Below are positions 31,076 to 43,160 of a stretch of DNA of 64,000 bases, in pieces. The position numbers and the translations under genes were made by a program. Positions within the stretch are counted from its first letter, which is position 1. Every line of letters starts with the position of its first letter. Below the pieces are notes generated by a model that worked only from the letters and a program-made list of their open reading frames with translations, had not been told where the DNA came from and ran no database searches. The stretch lies in the NCBI RefSeq assembly GCF_009914755.1, contig NC_060936.1; one strand, written 5' to 3'. This stretch comes from the human T2T-CHM13v2.0 reference genome, Homo sapiens.

Positions 31076-31194
31076 CAGAATCAGCAGTTTTGTGACCTTA
31101 AAACATCTATCAGAGACAGCATAGACCTGTCTGACCAGTAGACTAAAGCAAAAATGCCTGAATTATATTTAACTGACAATTCTGAAGCTATTTC

Positions 31195-31931
31195 TGTAAC
31201 TGCCTGATGGGTTCTTTCTGCCCGATGCCCAAACTCAATTCATTGAAACCGTGGCATTGTAGTAAAGAAAAAGTTTAACTGACGTGAGGCCAGCCCATAC
31301 AGGAGAACTGGAGTTAGCATTCAAACCAGTCTCCATGAAGGCTGGGAGGCTAGGGTTTTTTGTGGACAATTTGGTGTGCAGGGGCCTAGGGAATGGATAC
31401 TGCTGATTGGTTGGAGATGAATCATAGGGGTTTGGAAAACAGTACTCATCCCCTGAGTCTATAACACTTCTGGGTGGGGCCATAGGACCAGGTGAGTCAT
31501 GAGTTATGGATCTGGGTGGGGTCAGTCTGTAAAACATCTCAAAAAAACCATCTTAGTTTCTACAATAGAATGTTATCTATAAGAGCAATCAGGGAAGCCA
31601 CAAATCTTATGACCTCTGGAAACAAGACCCCTGAGCAGTATGGGATTATAGAAACTATGCCTACATGTTAGTGGAGTTCAGGCCCTCCCATAATCCTATT
31701 CTTGTGGCCTTTCCTTAGTCTCACAAAGGTGGTTTTTGGTCCCTGAGCAACGAGGGGATTAGTTTTAGGGAGGGACTATTATCCTTGGTTTCAAGTTCAA
31801 CTATAAACTAAATTCCTCAGAAAGTTAGCAAGGCCTATGAAATGACTAAGGACAGTTTAGGGGTCAGAAGCAAGATGGAGTCAACTATGTCAGATTTTTC
31901 TTACTGTCATAATTTTGCAAAGGTGGTTTCA
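31195..31931 (-). mobile_element. LTR8A-like ERV1 solo LTR nested in the MER57 provirus
   Basis: Minus-strand start TGAAACCACCTTTGCAAAATTATGACAGTAAG...GACTCCATCTTGCTTC; ends ...GGCAGTTACA. Confidence 0.85.
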
Positions 31932-32166
31932 ATCCTATTATATTTTGCTAACCATTTAAATGCTATATTTAGTTACCAAATATTATCACATACACATAAC
32001 ACACATAGACATACAGACTTAAAGACAGAAGCAGATCTAATAACTTTCATAAACAATTCCCATTTGCTGGCTTTCAAATAGTCTCTTTTCCCTATTTAGA
32101 CTATAAATCTTCCAACTACCTAATTCATTGCCCTAAGAAATTGTTAGGAATCCTAAATTTGTACTT

Positions 32167-32473
<307 letters not shown>

Positions 32474-32932
32474 CTAAATTTGTACTTCTAAAGGGATGCT
32501 ATTAGGTGGAACACGGTGAAAAATTCATATCTCAAAAGCACAGAGCTGAGACTTTGGGCCTAAATACTGTACCACTGGTTCCCTAAACCAAGGAAGAAAA
32601 GTGTCGGTAAAGGCCCGGTTAAGACAAGATGGCAAGGAAAAGCACCTTAAACAATGGTAAGATTTATGTTAGATCAGTGGTAAGAGTTTCTAGTGACCCA
32701 GTCCACCCTCTTCTCAGTGTAGATGCCCTTACAGATGGCGATTTCCTTTATAGATGTAAATTTCATTTACAAAAGGGTTTCAAAGTAGCCATCTAAATGC
32801 CAGAAAGGTACATTTTGGAGACCAACTTAGTTCAATAGGCGGTCTTCTTAACTTAGCTACTGTTTCTTTGCTAAAATTACTGAGTTCGGGGCAGAGCTCA
32901 TTACTGAACTGTGCAAAGAAAGCATTTTCTTT

Positions 32933-33243
32933 CTTTTTTCTTTTTTTTTTTTTTTTTGAGATGGAGTCTTGCTCTATTGCCCAGGCCAGAGTGGGAGTGC
33001 AAAGGTGCAATCTCAGCTCACTGCAACCTCTGCCTCCTGGGTTCAAGTGATTCTCTTGCCTCAGCCTCCTGAATAGCTGGGATTACAGGTGCGCACCACC
33101 ACACCTGGCTAATTTTTGTATTTTTAGTAGAGATGGGGCTTCACCATGTTGGTCAGGCTCATCTTGAACTCTTGACCTTGTGATCTGCCCACCTTGGCCT
33201 CCAAAAGTGTTGGGATTACAGGCATGAGCCACCGCACCAGGCC
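32933..33243 (-). mobile_element. Alu (AluS)
   Basis: Reverse Alu; TSD AAAGAAAGCATTTTCTTT. Confidence 0.94.
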
Positions 33244-33323
33244 AAAGAAAGCATTTTCTTTGCCTGGACTCAGCATGGATAGCTCTAACAAAGAAGCAAG
33301 CTTACTTTACCTAAGGGCTTACC

Positions 33324-33600
33324 TTTTTGTCTTTTTATTGAGACAGTCTCACTCCATCACCCAGGCTGGAGTGCAGTGGTGTGACCATAGCTCACTGTAA
33401 TCTTGAACTCCTGGACTCAAGCAATCCTCCTGCCTCAGCCTCTCTAGAAGCTAGAACTACAGGCATGAGCCATCACGCTCGGCTAATTTTATTTTCATTT
33501 TTTGTAGAGATGGGGCCTTGCTATGTTGCTTGGACTGGTCTTGAACTTCTGGCCTCAAGCAATCCTTCCACCTTGGATTACAGGCATGAGCCACCACAGG
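33324..33600 (-). mobile_element. Alu (AluJ)
   Basis: Reverse Alu with J features and a small deletion. Confidence 0.88.
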
Positions 33601-34009
33601 TCCTCTATCTTCTATAAATACTTTATCCAGCTTTCTTTTCCCTTTCAGGGCAAGACAGTAACAATGACAAAAGGTTAGAAGACCTAACTTTTCTGATTAG
33701 TCACTTAAGCTTTTTATTTGCCTTTTACAAAGAATCTTTTAAAAGAATCTGTAAAATTATTGGAATCTTTTTAGAAGCTTCTGAACTTCAACAGCCATCC
33801 CTGAATAATACTAAATTGGGAGACTTCATTTTTATATGTACTTCCTAAAGTGCAGTGTTGTTCATTTGGGATGTTCCACCATAACTTTAGATTACCTTTA
33901 GTAAGATTTCACCATTTCTGTAAGTGTTTGCTGCTTCCAGGGCCTATACCTCATACAGGTATACGTAGGTGTAGCCAGAAGGTAGAGCACTCAGTTCCGC
34001 AGAAATTAA

Positions 34010-34323
<314 letters not shown>

Positions 34324-34822
34324 CAAGGATTCCATTTTTACGTTGAATCTTGTATTTGGCTCTCAGATCCCCTTAACTTGACTAATGATTTTTCCTGACC
34401 GAAGCACACAAGAAAAAGAAACAAAGGGTATAGAACATAAAATTCCTTGTGAGTTTCTTAAAGCCAGAGTTCATACCCCTGCAGTATTGTTATTAAAATA
34501 TTTACTGGCGGTTTCTATCTGACCCAGTCAGATACCCGAGGCATCTAACTGGATCCAAGCCAGTTAATTATCAGATCCAATCAAATCCTGGACCCAGTCC
34601 AATGGCTATCGACTTCCAAACTCAGCTAAGATCAAAAATTTGCTCAAGCAAGCTTGAACAGCTGAAAACGGCAATGTATGGAGCTTCAGAATCTGAGAGA
34701 GAATGCAGCCACAATCTCCAGTTGCTGTAAGAGAGCAGTGGACACTGCGAGAGGACGGGCCCAGCAGGTACCCCTTGTGGTCACTCAGTGCTCCTGGGGG
34801 ATCACTGGGAGCTCTACTTTGG

Positions 34823-34840
34823 GGTCCATTTCTGACACCA
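34823..34840 (-). other. Retroviral primer-binding site, tRNA-Leu type
   Basis: Minus strand TGGTGTCAGAAATGG, 2 nt after the LTR's terminal CA; complements the tRNA-Leu(CAA) 3' end (...CCACTTCTGACACCA). Confidence 0.8.
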
Positions 34841-34842
34841 TC

Positions 34843-35232
34843 TGTTAAAAGAAAAACTTCAGACAAATTAAATTTAGCAGAGCTCAATTGAACAAAGAAT
34901 GACTTGTGAATCAGACAGACCCCTGAACCAGGATAGCTTTGGAGTGACTCCAGTGCTGCTGAGTGGTTGGAGAGAATTTATGGACAAAAAAGGAAAGTGA
35001 CCTAAGAAAACAGAAGTAAGGTATAGAAACAGCTGGATTAGTTACACCATGACATTTCCCTTATTTGAGCATGGTTTGAACAGTTGGCCACCTCTGATTG
35101 GCTGAAACTTGGTGACTGGTACAAGAGTAGGTTACAATCTGTTTAATCATTGGGTTATAGTTCACTATGTATGAAGAACCTTTAGGTTAAACTTAAAATA
35201 TTGAAGGAGGCAGCTTTAGGGTAAATTTAACA
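34843..35232 (-). mobile_element. MER57 (A/B-type) 5' LTR
   Basis: Minus strand TGTTAAATTTACCCTAAAGCTGCCTCCTT...TTTTTCTTTTAACA matches MER57. Confidence 0.88.
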
Positions 35233-35636
35233 CTAGGAAGCTGTAAGTAGTTTATTATGGGTGATACACAGAGTCGGGCAAGAAGGGGGGCAGAGGTGGA
35301 AAGACGGGTGAGACCAGGTAATAAAGAATCTTATGTTATATTCATAAGTCCATAATTTATTCCTGCCAGCACCACATACCTATTTGTTTAAAAATTTCAT
35401 TTCCATAGCCCCCCTAGACTTCCTCATGAAGGAATTTCCTAAGACTTTGACCTTGATGAATTCTGATTCATTGACAATCCCTTCTTTATTTTCTTATTTT
35501 TATTTTTTCACTTTCTTATGGTCCTGAGACCACTCCTTTCTGAGTACAAGCATCTTGGCTGGCCTAGAATATAGTCACAACTGTGTTCCACGGACTTTAC
35601 TGAAGGTGGAAACAACTGTCTTCCCAGCATCCCATC

Positions 35637-36010
35637 TGTACTGGTCCATTTGCATTGCTATAAAGGCAATTTATAATTCACAGTTTATTATGGCTCACAG
35701 TTCTGCAGGCTTATAGGAAGCATGGGACGAGCATCTGCTCCTGGTGAGGCCTCAGGGAGCTTCCAAACATGGTGGAAGGCAAAGGTGGAGTTGGCATATC
35801 ACCTGGCAAGAACAGGAGCAAGAGAGAGAGGAGGAAGATCACAGACTCTTTTAAACATCCAGATCTTTCATGAACTCATTACTGCAGGGAAGGTACATAG
35901 CCACACAAGAGATTCCCCATCACCCAAATACCTTCCACTAGGTCCAACTCCAACATGGCGGTCACATTTCAACACGAAATTTGGAGGGAAAAAACATCCA
36001 AACAATATCA
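35637..36010 (-). mobile_element. MSTA-type MaLR solo LTR
   Basis: TGTACTGGTCC...AACAATATCA; 5-bp TSD CCATC on both sides. Confidence 0.88.
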
Positions 36011-36399
36011 CCATCTTACAGGCTGGTGTTGTCTGGTGGGCTGTTTGGGAAATACTGGTCTAGACACATTTCTCAAACTTGGCAATATGACTCCACTGGA
36101 CATTAAAAAGGGATTTCCAGGTATTTCAAGATAAAGGGATTTATTCTCAGGAGCTGCAAACATAAGCTAGGTTTTCTTACAGTGTTAACATCTTGGTTTC
36201 AGTTACACGGGTCACCAGATTGATACAGATTTAGCTGAGGTAATAAATCACTGCTTCAGCAATCTTAACAGTCAAGTCAGTTATCTAACGATGATTTGAC
36301 AAGTAATGAGGTCACCTGTCATTTCCTCCCATAAGTAATTCAACTGCATTTAGTTCATAATACATATGGCTAGAAAAGCATCTAAATCAATTCCTACGA

Positions 36400-36630
36400 T
36401 CAGAGAGAGAGATGTCCCCATCACCATGAAGCAGAAGTTACAAAGAAATGGGGGAAGATGCTATGCAGTTGGCCTTAAACATAGAGAAAGGGACTACAAG
36501 CCAAGGAATGCAGGTGGCATCTAGAGGCTGAAAAGGGCAAGGAAATGGATTCTCCCCTCGATCCTCCAGAAGGAACACAGCCCACACTTTGATTTTAGAT
36601 TTCTGACCTCCAGGTCTATAAGATGATCAA
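36400..36630 (+). mobile_element. MLT1D/MLT1C-like LTR fragment
   Basis: aagccaaggaatgcaggtggcatctagaggctg...aggaaatggattctcccct...cctccagaaggaacacagccc. Confidence 0.8.
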
Positions 36631-37380
36631 TTCATCTCTCGATATGGCCTCCTCCTGTTCATTGCCACTGCTCTCCAGTTTAGACTCTCCCTTGGATCTG
36701 CCTCTTTTCTGAATCCATCCTCTCAAGTTGTTTTCTTAAAAATCAAATCTTATTATGTCACAGGGTTTGAAGTGCATGAATACTCACTGACTCTAGTTAG
36801 GCTCCTTTCCTGGAATATCATTAGAAACCAGAAGTAAGGGTTGTTTACAATTCCCATCAAGGACATTTGGTGTGATCTCAGGAAGGCTTAACAGGGATGT
36901 GATTATAGCTAAAAAAAAAAAAAAAAAAAGCTTAAAACAAATTGTACTACACTCTGAAGAAAGAACGCATTAACCAAATGGGCTAGGTAGGGTAAAGATT
37001 TTTCTGCACTTATCCAGCACTGAATGGAGGCAAATTCACTGACTTTGGCAGCCATCAGTAAGACTGGAGGTGAGGATACCTGGATTTTTAGGAAGGGTTT
37101 TTCCTAAATAGTAGGTATTGTTATCCAATCAGGAAGTTCTGTCCTGATATAAATGCTCATCATATAAGAGTTAGTTATCAAGAGTCAGTCAACTTGCTCA
37201 CCTCTAGATGTGGTAATACTGAGGTCCAGATCCTCCTGGTGATCAACACAAACTGGATTAAGAGTCAGCTACTCAGTCAGATCCTGAATCCTGGTCCAAC
37301 GATAACCACACTCTTGCCTGCTACCTGCTTCAAGAAGTACACAAAAGAGGGATCACTACCACAGCCAAAGAAAGGAGGAA

Positions 37381-37692
<312 letters not shown>

Positions 37693-37699
37693 AAAAGGC

Positions 37700-37850
37700 A
37701 GAAAGTTCTAAGAAGGAGAGGTCAACATTGGCAAATGCCACAAAGGGCACAAGATGGGAATTAAATTTTTCCATTAGATTTGGCAATTAAGCAATGGCTG
37801 ATGTTGTTCAGTGGAGTGAAAGGCTGAGAAGGGAATGAGAGGTTAGGAAA
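37700..37850 (-). mobile_element. L2 fragment
   Basis: ggtcaacattggcaaatgc...ccattagatttggcaa...ttcagtggagtg. Confidence 0.5.
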
Positions 37851-38582
37851 CATTCACCTTAAGGCTAGGCAACTCCTTTGAAAAGAGTCAAGTAGGGTTA
37901 AGGGAGGATCCATGCCCTCCAGGTTGACTTTTAAATCATATTCCCTTTGGTTTTGCATTTGAATCACAGTGAACTTTCTCCTCTCCAAATGTTGATTTGA
38001 CAAATTTGAGTCTTACCATGGCTCTCTTCTCAGTCCACCTGCAGGTCAAGGAACTAATGAGGTGTGGAGTAACTAAAGGTCAAAAAACAAGAGGAAGAAA
38101 CAAAGGGCCAAAAAACCCCAAACCTTAAATCAGGTCCTGAGTCAGATACGCTGTAACAAATTCTGCTTCAAGTTTAATATTCTTGTTTTGATGATGTTTA
38201 AAAAAAGAAAAATAAAAGCAAGTGTCTGGAAAATTAAAAGGCGGGGTGGGGGGGGGCATTTTAATTGGAATGCTTTCTTGTATCTCATCCACTATCCGCA
38301 CCCCATCGCCCTGCAAATTAATAGCTGTTGCGGAGTTGGGGTATGTGTGACCACAAAATCCAAAGGCTGAATTTTGCCCAGTGCCTGAGTAATTGCATGC
38401 CACACACAAAAAAACAGTAGAATATTGAAAACAACATACACATCTGTATTTCCATATGAAAGCACCCGTTTCCTTTCTTGATTATCTGCTATTTTTAAAG
38501 GGGTTGGGAGTGCAGCGGGGCGGGGGGATGAGGCGTTTTTTCTGAATACGAGCCCAGCTCTTTCTAAACTTTTGTTACTCAC

Positions 38583-39496
38583 GTCCGTTTGATTCATTTG
38601 CTGTGTTTTTTCTTTCTTTCTTTTTTTTTTTCCCCTCTCCTGCCTCTGTCATTGCCTGCTGCTAAGAGGGACGCTGAATCACAGCCACTGCAGATGAAAA
38701 GCAATTCAAACCCAGTCCTTGGAGGGGGGATGGAACGGCTCTTTTTGATTTTTTTCCCCTCTGCAGAAAAAGCCTCCTACTTTCCGGGTGACCGTAGAGG
38801 GCAGTTTGACAAGTCTCAGCCCCGGGCGATGGAAGATTTTGCCCGTGGGACCGTCACGAGCCACCGGTCATCTCCCCGCGCCCGGCTTTCGGGTCCTCAG
38901 GCCTCGGTGCGTCGCGGGCCAGGCGACAGCGGGGGGGCGTCGCGGGCCGGGCGAGCGTGGCCCGGTGGGCCCGAGGGTCGCGCCGAGCTCCCCGCCGCTT
39001 TAAAAGCTCCCACAATGCAGCGCTGGCGTCCCAGTTCCGTTACGAGGTCTCTCCCGGCGCCGGCGAGCGGGCCAGGCGCGGGCGGGGCGCGGAGGAGCGG
39101 CGGCTGAAACCCGAGCGCCCGGCCGAGGGGGGCGCCCCCGCGCCGCTCCTCTCGCGCGCTCAGCCGCTGCCCGGCGAAGGGGCGGAGCCGCCTGGCCGCC
39201 CGGCCCGGCCCGGCCCGGCCCGGCCCCCAGCCCGGCCCCCAGCCCAGAGGCACCGGCCGCGGGAGCGAGCGGGTCGCCGACTCCTACGCCCGCGCTCCTC
39301 CTACGCCCGCGCTCGTCCGGCGCCCCGCGCCGCGCCCCGCTCAGCGTCTGCCGCCCAGCTCCTCGCCCAGCCTCGCCGAGCCTCGCCCTTCCCGCCCGCG
39401 GCGGCGTTGGCGCTGGGGGCGGCTCCCGCGGCGTCTCTGCCGCTGGCCGAGCGCTCGCGCACCGCGGCACCCCCGCCAGTGGCGTCCACACTCACC
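38583..39496 (-). ncRNA. Candidate divergent/antisense lncRNA (exon ending at 39496; exon 38760 or 38687 to 38583)
   Basis: Minus-strand donors TAG|GTGAGT (39496) and GAC|GTGAGT (38583); minus acceptors TTTTTCTGCAG (38760) and TTGCTTTTCATCTGCAG (38687); no transcript data. Confidence 0.4.
39198..39225. repeat. (CCCGG)5 pentanucleotide repeat in the promoter
   Basis: gcccggcccggcccggcccggcccggcc read directly. Confidence 0.9.
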
Positions 39497-39712
39497 TAGC
39501 GCGGGCCGGGAGGTGCGCGGAGAGGGAACGCCGGGGGGCCGGGGCCTCCAGCCGGTGCGGGGCGCGCGGCGCGGGGAGCGCCGGGGAGTGCCGGGGAGTG
39601 CGGCGCGGGGACGGGCGCTGGGCGGCCGCGGAGCTCCGGGTGCCGCCGCGTCCCCAGCGCCCCGGCCGGCCCCTCTGGGCGGCCTGCGGGGGCGGCGCAG
39701 TTGCGAAACTGA
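39470..39712 (+). other. Non-coding first exon (5' UTR) of an unidentified + strand gene; start approximate
   Basis: TGA|GTAAGTAT donor at 39712/39713 near the downstream side of the CpG island; no ATG in this stretch; downstream DNA is T-rich with antisense Alus and L1. Confidence 0.7.
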
Positions 39713-42074
39713 GTAAGTATTAACTTTACTTAGCGGCGGCGATCCGGGCTGCGCCGGGGACCCCGCCCGTCCCGCCTGCAGCCTCGGAGCTGCCCTCCGC
39801 CCGGTTGCCCCTCTCTCCGCACCTTGGGTACCTCGTCCGTTCCGCCCCCACCCTGCCCCGCCGCGGGCTCCCGCTCCCTCTGCGTTCACCTTTCCTGGTG
39901 TGTCACCCTTTGCGCCTCTCCTCGCGGCACACAAGCCGCGGACTGAAAAGTACGAGCTTGGTCTTTGCTTTTCTGCTTCCTCCCAGTGTCCTTGGCAAGG
40001 GAGTTTAGAGGCCACTTTTCTTGCAAAGGGAATTTTATGTCTGGTTTTTAAAATATTTTTTCCTCCGGATGGAAATCGGATGCTCGCTTGCCGGGTGGCG
40101 GTTTGGTGAACGCTTTTCTCCTCTAAAAAAATATTGGTTTATAGGTTTTTAAATTTCATTTGAACTATTAACCATCTGCATTCTATTCTCCTTTGCCGCC
40201 AGTCCCTTTGGGGAGGGGAGTCCAGAAGAGGGGACGTTCAAAGTAATTCTGACTTGCAAACTAGAAAGTTTGAGAGGGTAAATCGCACAAAGCCGGAAGA
40301 TTCAACTTGAAGGGACGCGAGCTTTGAATGTGGGTCCTGGTGCGGCACTGGGTTTTAAAAGATGAGTACTTGGGTTCGGAATCCAGTGTTGCGTTGTTAT
40401 TTTAGCATCATAGAGCCGCCTGGTGTTGCTAAACCACTACTTTCCCAGCCTCAAATGGCATCTTGAACAGTGCAACGTAGGATATATAATTGCGGGTCAA
40501 TATTGTTGCTGATCTTTAGGGATTTAGAAGCGAAATGAATGCAAATCACGTCTCATAGCTGACTTAAACCTGTCAGGTTAGCCCTGTCAGGTTAGCATTA
40601 AAGCATTTCATTAAAAAAAAAAATCCTCTAGCCCTGTGACAGCAGGGACGAACATTTATGGATTTTCCAGTAGATTGTGGCTCAGCAATTCATTAGATCT
40701 GCTTTGTCCCCAGGAAGCATTTTAAAATATGTATAAATCTCTGCTTTTCTCTCCATTAGATTAACCACTCATTCTGGTAGGGGGCCCCAGGTAGTTTTTA
40801 TTTTCTTTTTTGCCTTTCATCTTGGAGTTGCCAGGAGTTGCCATCATGTTATGAAGGAACAGAAAATGAGAAGCTTTCTTAATGGGTTTTCGACATCCTG
40901 TCCTTTGCCAGAGTGAGGCGGTAGTGAATGCCAGCCAGCTTTCTGCAGGGAGAGGTGCAGGGTGGACGCAAAAATCAGGACGCAGGAGACAGCACTATCA
41001 TTTGGGGAAGTGGTTTGTGTGAGTTTTATCTTTTAGCGGGCATACTAATGGTACTTTTAATTTTATTTATCTCTATGAGGCACACTCCCCAAACCATAAA
41101 ATTACACATGACCATCCCCCACTTGAAGAAGACTGAACATAGTTTGATGATTATTCTATTCAAGGATCAAGTACAACAAAATATAATTTGTAATACAGAT
41201 GATAAAACCTTTCAAAAATCTCCCCCTTCCTCATTTTTTTCCTCAAGAGTCTCCAGGTGGTACTTTCTGTGATGGACACAATTGGCAGTAATGCACTGAG
41301 TTCTTTCTAGGTTTATTGATCAAATCTTATGTCTGGGCTTTAGTAGCTTAGGGGTGCATTAGAGGGCCCTGAGAGGGAGCAAATCATGGGGCTGTGCAGG
41401 CAGGAAAGGCACTTCACTTTGCAGAAGTGTCAGTGTGCTTCTGGAAAAAACAGTTACAAAGAACAGAGAGTGTTTAAGTTGTTTATAGGATGCATGTTTC
41501 CTGAATTTGGCATTTGGTTCAGATATTTGGTAATTACAGATTTAAAATTCGACATGGTTGTATAATTTGTTTTGCCTTTTATTTATTTTTTTAAGGTTGC
41601 AACCTTTTAACCTGAATCTTCAGTGTTTGGCTCTTGTAGGCTTCTATACATGGTGACTTACGTCAGTTTTTGACCTGACTGCCTTGTGTTTTGAGAAATG
41701 ATTAGTTCTTCAGGGTTTCTGACTCATTAATTGATCTGTTTTATGTTGATGTATATAATGACTTGGAAGTAAAAATATTGTTTGCCGTGGGATATTGTTG
41801 CCTTTTTCTTATGGTTAATTCCTGGCATAATGGCTTTGCTCCTTTATTATAAAACATTAAGATCTTAGATATCTTGCTAGTGTTCAAAACATTACAAAAC
41901 TCTTTGCAAGTAAAAGTGGAGTGGGAATGGGAGTTGGATAGAAAAACATGCATCATAAATTAAAGATTTGGATTACAAAATAATATAACGTTTATTTACT
42001 CTTCTTTGATGCTAACTTGCTCTAACCCTAAATAGACTTAAAAATTCAAAGTGTAGAGAGAGTTTCCAAGTATT

Positions 42075-42285
42075 CTGTATAGTGGAAAGAATGTTTACCC
42101 CACTGCCAGCCAGACTTGGGTTGCACGTGTGACTTTGTCACTCCCGAGGTGAGTGAGCTCGGCCATGCCACTTCAGCCTCTGTGATCTACAGTTGCATTT
42201 CTGGAAAATGGGGATACCACTACTTAAAGGGATGCTATGGTGAGTAGAACATCTAATATATATTAGATGTGCCTGGCACATTTCA
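42075..42285 (+). mobile_element. MIR
   Basis: tatagtggaaaga...cagacttgggtt...ctggaaaatggggata...gtgcctggcaca. Confidence 0.65.
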
Positions 42286-42299
42286 GCCAATAAATGACA

Positions 42300-43130
42300 A
42301 CATCTCAAACTCCTTCAGAATTGAGCTCTTGGTCACTCAAACTTTCAAACTGTTCCCCCTCCATTTTTCATCTCATCCATCCAAGGAGTAGCTCACTCCA
42401 CTCTCTCTTTTCTTCTATCAGCCCTAGCAAACCAGTCCATCATAAAGTCCTGCTGTCCATTTTTATTGCAAAATCTCTTTCAAACCGGTCTGATTTTCAG
42501 TCCCCACTATTCTGCCATCCTAATGCAAGCCACTGTACTGTATTATCTTTTTCCTTGGTGCGGTGCCTCCTGCACACACTCTGCACCCCTTGCAGTCTGT
42601 TTTACTACCAGCAGCCTGAAAAAAAAAGAAAAAGTATTTGCCGTCTTAAAGTTGTCAGGGCTCTCAGGAAACACATTTATTTATTTTTGGGATAAGATAC
42701 CAAATCCTTGACATTACTTCAGGATCCTGCATGATTTGATCTCTACCTCCACTTGCATCTCTTGCTGTCATCTTGGCCAGTTCTCCAGCAGACTAGCCTC
42801 AGGCCTGTGGCTCATGCTGTTGGTCTCCCTATTTTAGGATCATCTCCTTGAGTAACTTATCATCCTTGGGTGCTAGCTCAAATGTCCTTTCTCATAAAGG
42901 TCTTCTCTGACAAGCCCACCCTTATCGTCATGCGAATTAAATGTCCTTTATTTTCTCCCTCATAGCGTAATCACTTTTGCTTCTGAATATTTACCACAAT
43001 TTATATATTATTTAATCACTTAGGGTCCTTTTCTTGCCCTTTAGGTTAATATGAAGTTGATAATACCTGGTTTAATCACCAGTGCCCAGTATATGTAGTA
43101 GGTGCTCAATAAATATGTTGATATAATGAG
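42300..43130 (+). mobile_element. L2a 3' region
   Basis: Ends agtaggtgctcaataaatatgttga, the L2a terminus; diverged L2 body upstream. Confidence 0.7.
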
Positions 43131-43160
43131 TAAGATGGTAATATCAGTTTGTATCTTTAT

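Larger units (their letters stand above)
38780..40110. promoter_or_regulatory. CpG island promoter with multiple GC boxes (GGGGCGG)
   Basis: Very high GC and CpG density against a CpG-depleted background; Sp/KLF-type motifs; repeat-free flanks. Confidence 0.93.

Noticed and set aside
39470-39712. Assigning a gene symbol to the first exon
   Set aside because: No coding sequence in the window, and I do not recognise the UTR with confidence; BLAT would settle it.
38589-40015. Overlapping 118-224 aa Arg/Gly/Pro/Ala-rich ORFs on both strands
   Set aside because: Expected from stop-codon scarcity in a CpG island; low complexity, no recognisable domain, and several cross splice donors.
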